From: Squalus acanthias
Lineage: Eukaryota
DNA: 64,000 nt
Assembly: GCA_030390025.1 (NCBI GenBank)
Contig: CM059432.1
Location: 84,942,001-85,006,000, forward strand
Reading direction: 5' to 3'
The position numbers and the translations under genes were made by a program. Below the pieces are notes generated by a model. That model had not been told where the DNA came from, did no database searches, and saw nothing but the letters and a program-made list of their open reading frames with translations. How positions within the stretch are numbered: position 1 is the first letter of the stretch; the number at the start of each line of letters is the position of its first letter. Of the stretch, positions 52,952-64,000 are shown in pieces.

Positions 52952-53188
52952 TGTGGCAGATCGCCACCTAAAACGGGCATAATCCACTCTTCCGTCTGTG
53001 GACAAATTTCCAGCACCTTCCCTTTAAGGCACTTTACCTTTAAGGCAGAAGGGGCGGGGCCTCAGGTTTTACCCAGAGAATTCTGGGAGCTTTTCAGTCT
53101 GCCATTTTGTGCCATGCTGTGATTAAAAAGTCTCTTGTTTAACACAAATGGATTCAGCCTTAATTCGTGTTTCGCGGCAGCCTCAACA
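52952..53188 (+). repeat. 5' LTR (237 bp)
   Basis: TGTGGC...CAACA; matches the 3' LTR with 4 substitutions and 1 indel by manual comparison. Confidence 0.95.
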
Positions 53189-53189
53189 T

Positions 53190-53203
53190 TGGTGACCCCG
53201 ACG
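53190..53203 (+). promoter_or_regulatory. Primer binding site, tRNA-Trp
   Basis: TGGTGACCCCGACG is complementary to the 3' end of vertebrate tRNA-Trp. Confidence 0.9.
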
Positions 53204-53228
53204 CTCAGAACGTATTCCGAGCACTGCA

Positions 53229-56200
53229 ATGGCGGACACGAATGCAGTTTCCGTGAAACTGCCGGAGTTTTGGGAAAACCAGCCCGAAGCCTGGTTTCTC
53301 CAAGCTGAATCTCGCTTCCGGCTGTGAAATATCACCACAGATGGGACGAAGTACGACTATCTCGTCACATCACTCGGTAGCGCCGCAGTTTCCAAGGTTT
53401 GGACAATGCTGCAGAACCCACCAAAGGAAGGCAAGTACGCACATCTCAGGACAGCGCTCCTTAAAAAATTTACGGCCTCGGCATATCAGCGAAACTGCCA
53501 CCTCCTCGACCTTCCAGGCCTCGGTGATGCCTCACCGTCAGACCTCCTCTCCCACATGCTCTCCCTCACCGACGAGAGCCCACCCGGATCCCTCTTCCGC
53601 ACGCTGTTCATCCGCCAGCTCCCTCTCAGCATCCGCCCAGCGATCGTGGCGTCCGGCCTCACGAACCTGGAAGCCCTGGCCGATGAGGCCGACAGGCTGC
53701 TGTCCGCTCACTCCAGCCGTGACGTCACTCCGGACCTGGCAGCCAATGCCTGGGCGCGCCCCTCACCATCCAGCACGCGGCCACAAGGGCCTGTCACCAG
53801 GCCCACGGGGCCTTCATGCCCCACTAACCCGGGCCACTGTTACTACCACGCACGGTTGGGCGCCAGGGCACAACGGTGCACACCTCCCTGCTCTTTCAAG
53901 TCCGCCCCCGTACCAGCCCCCGTGATGGCCGTGGGCCACGCGGGCTCCCTGCTGTTCATCACGGATGACAAAACCGGCCGCCGGTTCCTGTGTGACACTG
54001 GGGCTCAGCACAGCATCACCCCGGCCTCCTCCCTCGACATCCAAAAGGGCGAACGAGGACCGGCGCTGGCTGCTGCTAACGGCTCGGAAATCCGGACAGT
54101 CACCCTCGACCTTGCTGGTCACCACTACCGATGGGAGTTCATCACTGCCAAGGTGCTCTCCCCCCTCATCGGCGCAGATTTCCTGTGCGCCCACGGCCTA
54201 CTGGTAGACATCCCTCGTCACCGCCTCGTGGACATGAACACCATGTCCCCCATCCTGGGCGCCATGGCCCCCCGTCAACCCGCTGAAATGGCGTCACAGT
54301 GCCACGCCCGCGCCACGGATGACTACTCGGCACTCCTGGCCGAATTCCCGGCCCTTACCAATCCGACCTTCTCCGCGGAGGCCGCCAAACACGGGGTGGA
54401 ACACTTCATCCCCACCACAGGCCCCCCAGTGTACGCCCACGCCCGCAGGCTGGACCCAGCCAAACTGGAGATCGAGCGGACCGAGTTTGCCACCATGGAA
54501 CAGCTCGGCATCATCCACCGCTCCAACAGTCCCTGGGCCTCCCCACTCCACATCGCCCCCAAACCAGGTGGAGGTTGGCACCCCTGCGGGGATTACCGCC
54601 GCCTCAATGACGCCACCACCCTTGATCGGTACCCCGTGCCGCACATTCAGGACTTCTCGGCTAGACTGGCCAGCCGCTCAGTCTTTTCCAAGGTCGACCT
54701 GGTGCGTGGCTACCACCAAGTCCCCGTCCACCCCGCGGACGTCCCCAAGACAGCCGTAATCACCCCCTTCGGCCTGTTCGAGTTCCTGCGGATGCCCTTC
54801 GGCCTCAAAAACGCGGCCCAGGCATTCCAACGGCTCATGGACTCGGTCCTTCGGGACCTGAAGTTCCTGTTCGTCTACCTGGACGACATCCTGGTAGCCA
54901 GTTCCTCCAAGCAGGAACACCTCGAACACCTTCGCATCCTGTTCGGGCGCCTCAGCGAACACGGGCTCATCCTCAGCCCAGCCAAATGCCAGTTCGGCCT
55001 GGACAAGATCGACTTCCTCGGCCACCACATCACCCATGCTGGGGCCATTCCCCTGCCCACCAAGGTGCAGGCTGTCCAACAATTTCCCCGCCCCATCACC
55101 ATCAAAGGCCTCCAGGAGTTCCTCGGGATGGTGAATTTCTATAACCGCTTCATCCCCAAAGCGGCGTCCCTCATGAGGCCCCTGTATGAAGCCCTCCGGG
55201 GCAGGAGCGGCAAGATGGCGGTCGAATGGACGGCAGACGCGTCCGCCGCCTTCGATTCCACCAAGACCGCGCTCGCCAACGCCACCCTGCTCGCGCACCC
55301 ACGGCCCAATGCCAGGGTAGCGCTCACCACGGACGCCTCCGACCACGCGGTCGGCGCTGTGTATGAGCAGTGGGTCAACGGCGCCTGGCAACCACTTGCC
55401 TTCTTCAGCCGCCAACTACGCCCCCTGGAGGTCAAGTACAGCACCTTCGACCGCGAGCTCCTCGCGCTGTTCCTGGCGGTCCGCCATTTCCGGTTTTTGC
55501 TTGAGGGCCACCCCTTCACTGCGTTTGTCGACCACAAGCCCCTGACATTCGCAATGGCAAAGACAACCGACCCCTGGTCCGCCAGGCAGCAGCGCCAGCT
55601 CGTGGCAGTGTCCGAGTTCACCACGGACATCCAACACATCTCCGGCCGAGACAATGTGGTAGCCGACTGCCTCTCCCGCCCCGCCATCCACGCCGCACAC
55701 CTAGTAGTCGACTACGCTCAACTCGCAGCAGACCAGATCACCGACCCTGATCTGCTCTCTGCACCCACCAACCTACCAGGGCTATGCCTGGCCGACGTCG
55801 CCTGTGGCCCGACCGCAGTCACGGTCAAGTGCGACATATCCCTATGTCAACCTCGGCCCGTCGTCCCAGCGTCCTGGCGCCGCCGGGTATTCGACATTCT
55901 CCACAACCTCTCCCACCCGCGCATCCATCAAATTGGTAGCCAACCGCTTTGTCTGGCGCGGCCTTCGCAAGGATGTGCGTACTTGGGCCAACTCCTGCCT
56001 AGCCTGCCAATGGGCCAAGGTACAGCAACACACGAAAGCACCCCTCGAGGAGTTTACCGTCCCCTCGCGGAGATTCGACCACATCCACGTGGACATCGTC
56101 GGGCCCCTGCCGCCGTCGCAAGGCCACACGCACTTGCTGACCATCGTTGACCGCACCACACGCTGGCCTGAGGCAATTCCACTGACCTCCACCACCACCG

Positions 56201-57018
56201 CCGACATCGCCAGAGCCTTCGTCAGCACCTGGGTCGCACGGTTCGGCATCCCCTCCGACATGACGTCGGACAGAGGTCCGCAATTTACCTCTGAACTCTG
56301 GACCGCCGTCGCACGCAATCTCGGGATGACCATTCACCGCACCACAGCGTATCACCCCCAAGCCAACGGACTGTGTGAGCGGTTCCACAGATCCTTGAAG
56401 GCATCTCTTCGAGCCAGCCTCCAAGACGGCGCCTGGACCGACCGATTTCCGTGGGTCCTCCTCGGCCTGCGCACCGCGATTAAAGAAGACCTCCACGCAT
56501 CGGCAGCAGAGCTCGTGTACGGTCAGCCGCTTCACGTACCCGGTGAGTTCCTGCCCACCGCCATGACACCCTGGTCAGCCGACCAGCAACGCCACGACTT
56601 CGCCTCACCGGCACTGCAGTTCGCCCCGGTGCCCATTGCCCGACACGGCGAATCCACCTCACACGTCCCACTAAGCCTGCACCAGGCACAGTTTGTTTTC
56701 GTCCGGCACGACGCCCACCGCTGACCCCTTCAACCCCCGTACGACGGGCCCTACAAGATGCTACAGGCTGGGGACAAATTTTTCACCCTGCAAGTGGGCG
56801 ACAGGACCGAAAAAGTGTCGGTTGACCGACTCAAGCCAGCACACTCGGAGCCCGGTGAGCAGGTCCCTGTAGCTCATCCACCTCCACGCGGCCGACCTGC
56901 CCTCAAGCCGGTTCACCCGGCTGCTCCACGCCCGGCCGTTCCACGTCCACCGGCGTCCTACAAGAGCCACTCCGGCCGGCCCATCAGACCGCCGCACCGT
57001 CTCGTCCACACCTCCTAA
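53229..57018 (+). pseudogene. Gag-Pol polyprotein with two premature stops and one frameshift
   Basis: KLPEFW..PEAWF, CYYH..RC..PC, DTGA, YLDD, TDAS, HVDIVGP/SDRG/CERFHR, YDGPY. TGA at 53325 and 56722; frameshift at about 55920. Confidence 0.95.
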
Positions 57019-57038
57019 GCGGATTCTGGGGGGAGCTG

Positions 57039-58172
57039 TGTGGCGGATCGCCACCTAAAACGGGCATAATCCACTCTTCCGTCTGTGAACAAATTTCCAG
57101 CACCTTCCCTTTAAGGCACCTTGGGGGAGAAATTCAGTATCGCCCCATTTGGGGCGCAATTATCGGCCGGGCGCAAATATTAGCGCCTGGCGCTAATTAT
57201 CGCCACCGACTGCAAACTTGACTTTTATCGCCCCTGGAGGTGATTGGAGCGCTAAATCAGGCGCTTCACACCTGTCTTAAGGCGCAAAGGCCGAGCAGCG
57301 AGGCGCTACCTCAGAGCGCTGGCGAAACTCATGTAATGTCAGTCAGCAATGGAACATACACACAATGGCACGGGCCAGTTCTTAAAGGGGATGGTTAATC
57401 TTGCTTTCCATCCACATCCTTCTCATTGCAGCCTTGAATCTCTGCCTGGAGAGACCTGCACATCAAATCTGCTGGAAAGAACAATGGAGAGTACCAGGCA
57501 AAGAGCTCAGAGTGCAGCCCCCACAGTCTCTTCTAAATCGATACAAGGAATGGCAAATCAAAATGAACCTGCAAAGTGCTGCTCAGTACCCAAAACTCCT
57601 TCACACAGCGTTGAATCTCTCCAGAAGTCTCTCCCTCTCTCTCTCAGAATGCGTAGTTCAAAAATGGCACCAACAATAAAAGGCAGGAAGCGGTCACCTT
57701 TAAATAGCGCTCCCCCTTTCCCTTCATGACTGCAGAACGCTCCCCTCAACCTGTCGTTGCTTGCGTCAGGCGGTAAGGCAGGGGGTGCCACTCAATATCC
57801 GCTACGGGGCGATACCGGGGCGTTGCGCACTCGACTGACGTCACCATCTGCCGGTGCAGGAGATCGTGGCGGTAGTGTTTAGCGCTGCCGCAAAATGTCT
57901 AGTTAATTTCGCGAGCGGCGCAAACTTCGCCGCACCTGGGCGCTAGATGCTTTGCGCCCCATTAGCGCCCTCTTAAGGCGCTAACGGGAGGCGCAACCAA
58001 CTGAATTTCCCCCCCCTTACCTTTAAGGCAGAAGGGGGCGGGGCCTCAGGTTTTACCCAGAGAATTCTGGGAGCTTTTCAGTCTGCCATTTTTTGCCATG
58101 CTGTGATTAAAAAGTCTCTTGTTTAACACAAATGGATTCAGCCTTAATTCGTGTTTCGCGGCAGCCTCAACA
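57039..58172 (+). repeat. 3' LTR interrupted by a MITE
   Basis: Follows the polypurine tract ggggggag (57028-57035); two halves at 57039-57122 and 58016-58172. Confidence 0.95.
57123..58015. mobile_element. Harbinger non-autonomous element inserted in the 3' LTR
   Basis: TIR GGGGGAGAAATTCAGT / ACTGAATTTCCCCCCC, TSD ctt, absent from the 5' LTR. Confidence 0.95.
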
Positions 58173-58411
58173 ATATAGAGATTATGTAACTCAAAGACAC
58201 TAAATTACAGTAACAATTATTTTATATTTGCTCTGTTTAATTCTTGAATATAATGGCTTTATAAAAAGTTAAAAGTGCTGTATTTTGAACTTAGACCTAT
58301 TTTTCTGCACAAGATTGAATATTCTTAAGAGGATTTTTGCTTCAGTTCAGTTGCATTGATGAAAGCAAAGGTAAAAACATTTTTTTTGATAAATTGATCT
58401 GGACACTACAG

Positions 58412-58557
58412 AGTAGAAATTCTGTCAGCATACTTATCATATGAATGTTTAATGCTTTGTTTTAGGTTACCACCGCCATTAAAATGATGGAGAGAGGAAT
58501 TTGACAGGAATGCATTAAGCATTCATATTCTAATACTGGCAACAGTCATTTCTACCC
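58412..58557. repeat. Old fold-back MITE
   Basis: gtagaaat / atttctac ends and inner arms atatgaatgtttaatgc / gcattaagcattcatat. Confidence 0.6.
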
Positions 58558-58702
58558 TTAAATCTATTCATTTTAGATCTACTTCAGCTGAATTCTACTA
58601 GAGAATTGCTCAACTGTTTATGCCTACATTTTCCCTGCATGCAGATTTACTGTTTTTCTACCTGTTGGTTGTGACTTTTGACTGGTCTGATGCAGATTTA
58701 TT

Positions 58703-59090
58703 GGCCCCAATATTTGTGAGGAGGGTGCGGGGGAGGCTGAAAACAGCTGAAGAATCCGGCAAGGCCAGGACATGCAGATCCTGCTGAACTTAACGCAGGA
58801 CCTCATTGTCATTTTTTGGATCCGTTTCCCACTTGGCAGCCAGCCAAATGGACAGCCTGGCCAGCGGGCTAGAGGAGAAACCTGTGTTGGCGGGGGGCGG
58901 GAATTAGACATCGCAGCGGTGGGAGGTGGGGAGATTAGACAGGAGATTAGGCTGTAGTGGGGGAGGGGGGGTGTTGTTCGGCGATTGGGAGGGGGGAGAG
59001 ATAGGCCTCGATCGGCAGTTGGGAAGAGGCTAGCCACTTTCCCAGGCTCCTTCTAGCTTTGGCAACAGTATACAGTATTACCTTTTTAGG
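58703..59090. mobile_element. Harbinger-type MITE fragment
   Basis: Starts GGCCCCAATATTT like 19525; GC-rich; no right TIR seen. Confidence 0.5.
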
Positions 59091-59473
59091 GAATAGGTTG
59101 GTTTCAGAATATGACGGAGGCTAGGATAACACTGCCTCAAATAGCTTCCCCTGAATTACTCTTGATTTGAGATTTGAGCAGCAGAAAGTAATAATAATTA
59201 ACACAAAGATGTAGTAGTATGTCAGCCTAGAAGGAGGGGCAGAGACACATTGATTGAAGGGGAGACAAAGGAGGACAGAAACAATCATAGGTGGATTTAG
59301 AGCATCTGAGGTATCAGGCATAAGTGGGCATCAGAAGAAGAAGATGGATGACAGAAATATTATAAAAGAAGGAACAGAGAGTGCTATGAGGGGATGAGAG
59401 GCTCAGAGACATGTACAGGCAGGAAGACAAATCAATAACAAGTAAATAGCATTGCCATTATTGTCTAAGGGTC

Positions 59474-59639
59474 TGAAATTGTGCTACACAATATTAGTAA
59501 CAAACATGTTTGTATGAAATTCCTTTGCCTGCTTTTTAACAGAGGCATTAACCCATTTGTTTGTTAGTATAGTGGACAGAGGAATTTCATACAAACATGT
59601 TTACATATTCATTACTATTTATTTCATAGCACAATTTCA
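59474..59639. repeat. AT-rich fold-back element
   Basis: tgaaattgtgcta / tagcacaatttca outer arms and perfect aaacatgtttgtatgaaattcct / aggaatttcatacaaacatgttt inner arms. Confidence 0.8.
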
Positions 59640-60416
59640 ATCAATAAATCCCAGGTTCAAATTCTGTCTTGTGTTAATGTGCCATCTGAATGGTGCTGTA
59701 ACATAAGACTGCTCTTGTACTCTGATGTTAACAAAGGTAAAATTTTAATGCACAGTACTTCCTGAAGTACCACCTCAGATCCCTGGACAAATCAGGGGAC
59801 ACCTTACTATGCAGCCCTGCCAGAGTATGACAAAAACGAGTATTTTTATTTACTGTTGGCCATCTCCTTCTCTCATGGCTCATGACACCTGTCCACATGC
59901 CCACAACACCTGCAGAGGACAGATATAACAAAGTTCATAACACAACCTCTAATTTCATATAGCACTCTCTCGACATGTTAAAGGGGTGATTTTTCTGTCT
60001 CTGTTCTTCTGAAGCCGTTGTGTAATATAGCCCTAGCATAGTCTCAAAATTTGTTGTGGCTTGCTGCGTTATTCACAGTTATGCCCTGCAGAAAGGTTTT
60101 GTGATGGATATCCCTGAGGAGGAAAGGGAGGCAGGAGTGAGAGGAAGTCAAGTAGCAACAGCAACAACAGGAGGAAGAAGAACAGCTGGGGCCAGGAGCA
60201 AGAGATATTCAACAGCAGCTTATTAGAAATCAGTAAATAAAGACAAAGACCTCTATTGTAGCCTCATACATTCATAATTTCATACATTCCTGTCTAAGAT
60301 CCCTAGCACAGCTCTCTCATTGAAAGGCTCCTAGGACACCTCACATTCCCCAAACCATTTTCACCAGAATTCCTGTGAACAGGTGCTTCCGTCTTGTGTC
60401 CCTTGTGCTGTCCTTA

Positions 60417-60588
60417 CCTGGTCATTATCACATTGCTGTTTGTGGGACATTGCTGTGCGCAAACTGGCTGCTGCGTTTCCTAAATTACAAGAGTGACTAC
60501 ATTTCAAAAGCACTTAATTGGCTGTAAGTTGCTTTGTGATGCCACGAGGTTGTGAAAGGCGCTATATAAATGCAAGTCTTTCTTTCTT
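60417..60588 (+). mobile_element. Deu-SINE 3' fragment
   Basis: Matches the reverse complement of 41703-41875; ends aaaggcgctatataaatgcaagtctttctttc. Confidence 0.8.
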
Positions 60589-60669
60589 AAGCTTATTCTG
60601 GTGCTCCATCTAGGTGATACCGGAGGGCCAGGCCCGACAAAAGGGCATGGCCGCGATCTACGGGCTGTT

Positions 60670-61122
60670 TCAGCCTTGACTCAGTGGTAGCACTCTCACC
60701 TCTGGGTCAGAAGGTTGTAGGTTCGAGCCCCATTTCAGAGACTTCAGCACAAAATCTCAGCTGACATTCCAGTGCAGTACTGAGGGAGTGCTACACTGTT
60801 GAAAGTGCCATCTTTCGGATGAGACGTTAAACTGAGGCCTCGCTTGGCCTCTCAGGTGGATGTAAAAGATTTGAAGAAGAGCAGGGAAGTTCTCCCAGTG
60901 TCCTGGCCAATATTTATCCCTCAACCAGCATCACTAAAAAAAAACAGATCAATTGGTCATCTACTTCATTGCTGTTTGTGCCTCCTTGCAGTGTGCAAAT
61001 TGGCTGTTGCATTTCCATATGTTACAACAGTGACTATGCTTCAAAAGTACTTCATTGGCTGTAAAGTACTTTGGGATGTCTTGAGGTTACAAAAGGCACT
61101 TTAGAAATGAAAGAATTCTTTC
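60670..61122 (+). mobile_element. Full-length Deu-SINE (SacSINE1-like)
   Basis: tRNA head (tcagtggtag, GGTTCGAGCCC), central tttcggatgagacgttaaac..tcctggccaatatttatccctcaac domain, L2-type tail. Confidence 0.8.
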
Positions 61123-61984
61123 AATCTTGTAGTGTGGGTCTCTTGGGACTCAGGTGAGCCTCTTCTCATGGCAACTGGTCTTGGCAGGACCCTGTTGCAA
61201 GCTGCGTCGGCACTGCTTCTGCATGGGCAGCCTGTTCCTATCTCCTTCCAGCTACACAAGCACGCATCTGAGGAGGCTGACTGGACAGCTCACAACTGCG
61301 ATCAGTAGTGAGACCAGCCTAATGTGTGTGGAGTCTTGACTTGACCACTGACTTGAAAGGCCTCTGCCACTGACTCTAAGCAGTCCATGCAACTTGTCTG
61401 CTCTCAGTGAGGACTTAGAAATTTGCTGCTTTTTTCTCCACAGCAATCCTTGCTTTCATACTGAATGGAAAGTTTTAATTTTTCCTCCAGTGCTGCCATT
61501 GCCCCTTTAAGCAGCAGCAGGTTTTATATCCTGCAGCTGCACCACTTCTCTGCCACTTATACAAGATTTCCACCCCTCCTCCGTTATCGTATTCCAATTT
61601 CAGGCAGGAATTAGACTCCCAACCCACCAGCACAAGAGATTTTTTTCCCCCCACCATTGTGTAACTATGGTGTAGCAAGCAGGTGTTACAATCATTTGCT
61701 GACCCATATATTTGCGCCGGGGTCAAACGGTGGGCAGAAGTCCCACTCCGCTGTATTTCTGGCAGCACAGTAGCCCCCATCCCACCACCAGAATGTCTAG
61801 GCTAAGCAGTTTTAAAAAATACAACAGTAGCTTCAGATTATTATACTTTGACAGAGTGTTGCAAGTTTTGTTGGTTGCACATGCGAGAAAAAGGGATAAT
61901 TCAAATTTAACTAATGCTACTTGATTGGTTGTAGAGCCAATTTCTTGTCTGCTTTCACCTCTAACGGTTAACCCGTATCCTGCT

Positions 61985-62640
61985 CTAGTATACCTACATT
62001 CTCACATTCACCATCATTTTCAAAAACCAGTGCAAAATATTTATTTAATATCTTTGTTGTACATTCATCTTCCACAACTAGGCTCCCTCCTGAATCCCTG
62101 CATGGATCTACTCTCTCATTAAGTATTCTTTCTATATGCTTATAAACTCCTTTAATATTTCCTTTTATATTACTTGATGAACTTTTCATATTACCATTTA
62201 GCCCATCCTAGCTCTCTTTTCACATCCTCATTGCACTTTCTAATTTCCCTATGAATTTCTTTACTATTGTTAGCCCTAATTTTATGATTAACTCTTTTAC
62301 GTTTCAGTTTAGTTTTGATCACTATTTATTCGTAGAACTTTATTCTTTGAAGCATCTCCTTTTCACCGTATAGGAATATATTTATTATGCGCTCTATTAT
62401 ATTTGAAGATTTCCTATTACTGATCTGTTGACCTATTTGCTAACATTTTTTTCCAGTTAATTTGGGCTAGATCCCTTTTCATCTCACTGAATGTTGCCTT
62501 CTTTTAGTCCAGCACCCTGATCTTTGACTTTCCATTATCCTTTCTATTCTATTCTTTGAATTAACTATGTTGTCATTGCTATTTACCAATTATTCTTCTA
62601 CTTTCAAATAAATTATTTGCCCCACTTCATTCCCCAGATA
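61985..62640 (-). mobile_element. Highly decayed CR1 ORF2 fragment
   Basis: NIKGVYKHI..ILNKYFALVF resembles 36250-36420. Confidence 0.65.
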
Positions 62641-62724
62641 AATCAAAGATAAATGAAAAATACCGTTGTATTTGTGTGAACTAAACTTGCTACAGAAAGT
62701 TAAGTCTTGTCTGTTCCAGTCTAA

Positions 62725-63900
62725 GGGGGCGATTTTCCCAATGGAGGTGGGTTGGAGGCGGGTTTCGGTTTGGGTGAGTTCCTGTCAGGTGGGAAAAATT
62801 TGCGATTTTCCCCTAATTGGCCAGTTGATTTCAGAGGTGTGGGTTCCCTGGGCCAATTAGTGTTTTGGGACTGAAACTCGCCTCTGCTGAAGTCACTTAT
62901 CCAGCTTCATTTAAGGGCTGCTTGCTGCCTTGGCTCATTCCACTGGTTTTTGGTCGATGCTGCACCACTTCCAATCTGTTATCTCCTTGAAGAATGGCCA
63001 GCTCCAAGGCAAGGGCCACCCCGAGGTTCTCGGATGAGGCACTGGGTATGCTGGTTGAGGGGCGAGAGCTAGCAGGGAGGTGCTCTTCCCCTCATCTGGG
63101 AGGAAGAGGCCTCCCAAAGAAAACAAGGCTGTGTGGGGCCAGCTGGCAAGGGATATAACCTCCAGATCTGTGTGCAGATTGGGTGAATGTTTCTGTTTAT
63201 TGATGAAATGCCATCCCTGTGGGAATGTATTAAAATTAGGTGATGGCAAACTTTTGGCGTGATGGCATCTGTTATTTCGGCTTAGGCAGCTCCACATTGC
63301 GGGCTCCGCAACACTTGCGTGGTCAGGTTGGTGGTCAGAGTGAAAGGAGGCCAGAGAGTCATGTCCATTGTCTATCATGTGTTAAGAAGGAGCCAAGCAC
63401 ATGTGCCACAATGGGCAACCTATGCAAATCTGGCCAGGATGAGTGCATTCCTTGCACGACATGCTTCCATGCACTGGCGCCTTCTGCCCTGTGCAGCATC
63501 AGGTGGGTGAGCAGTAGGCTGGGGCTCCTGCTGCTGTTGCTGCTGAGCTGCCTGGTTCTGCTGCTGCCGTGGCTGCTCCTCATCCGACTCTGAGGTCCAT
63601 GGTGAAAGGAAATAAATGGTTCCCATGCTGCTGGCAGATACCTCTGTTGGGGAAGAGCTCAGTCCAAGCAGGGAGAGGGTCTTCCAAGGAGGTCCCACAG
63701 TTGAGAGATAGAAGCTGCAGCACCTCCGACTTTGGTAGGCCTGCTAAAAGTGCTGAAAGACCTTTGGAACAAAAGTTCTGCCACCTGTAACTGCTCCCTG
63801 ATGAAAGCTCCGTTTTAATGGTGGAGCTGCAGCTGTGAGGAGGCCACCCACTTGTCAACCCGCCAGGATTAGCTGGCGTGGTTTAGGAGGGTCATACAAC
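62725..63900. mobile_element. Decayed Harbinger derivative (Myb start on +, transposase start on -)
   Basis: GGGGGCGATTTT end; MASSKARATPRFSDEALGMLVEG from 62994; minus-strand WTSESDEEQ..QQQ N-terminus resembles 29848-29960. Confidence 0.65.
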
Positions 63901-64000
63901 ACGCTGAAAATGTGGTAAAATAACGAAGGCCTGTCAAAATAGGATTATAGAGGTCCTTAACTACTATTTAAGGGTCTTAACTACCTCTCCTGACTGATGG

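Larger units (their letters stand above)
52952..58172 (+). mobile_element. Full-length Ty3/Gypsy LTR retrotransposon, CsRN1/Kabuki-like
   Basis: Two TG..CA LTRs, PBS, PPT, Gag-PR-RT-RH-IN order; flanks gtat / atat (4-bp TSD with one mismatch). Confidence 0.95.

Noticed and set aside
1..64000. CRISPR array or prokaryotic RT-based defence system
   Set aside because: No repeat-spacer array is present, and all RTs belong to eukaryotic LINE or LTR elements.

Overview
This is vertebrate, almost certainly cartilaginous-fish (shark-type), non-coding DNA made nearly entirely of nested transposable elements. I found no convincing host protein-coding gene. It holds about ten decayed two-gene Harbinger/PIF DNA transposons (HARBI1-like DDE transposase convergent with an intron-containing Myb/SANT gene) and many Harbinger-type MITEs with 3-bp target duplications. 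It also holds several CR1 LINEs (two near full length, with SGNH-esterase ORF1), L2 fragments, one other APE-RT LINE, V-SINE and Deu-SINE copies, hAT-like MITEs, a solo LTR, and one young full-length Ty3/Gypsy element with CsRN1/Kabuki-clade hallmarks (tRNA-Trp PBS, CHCC Gag motif, 4-bp TSD). The least obvious signal is a set of minimal hammerhead ribozyme motifs inside Penelope-like repeat fragments: two intact cores (50002-50039, 52462-52498) and one inactivated at CpG positions (13118-13153). Boundaries were read by eye and family names are pattern recognition, not database hits.
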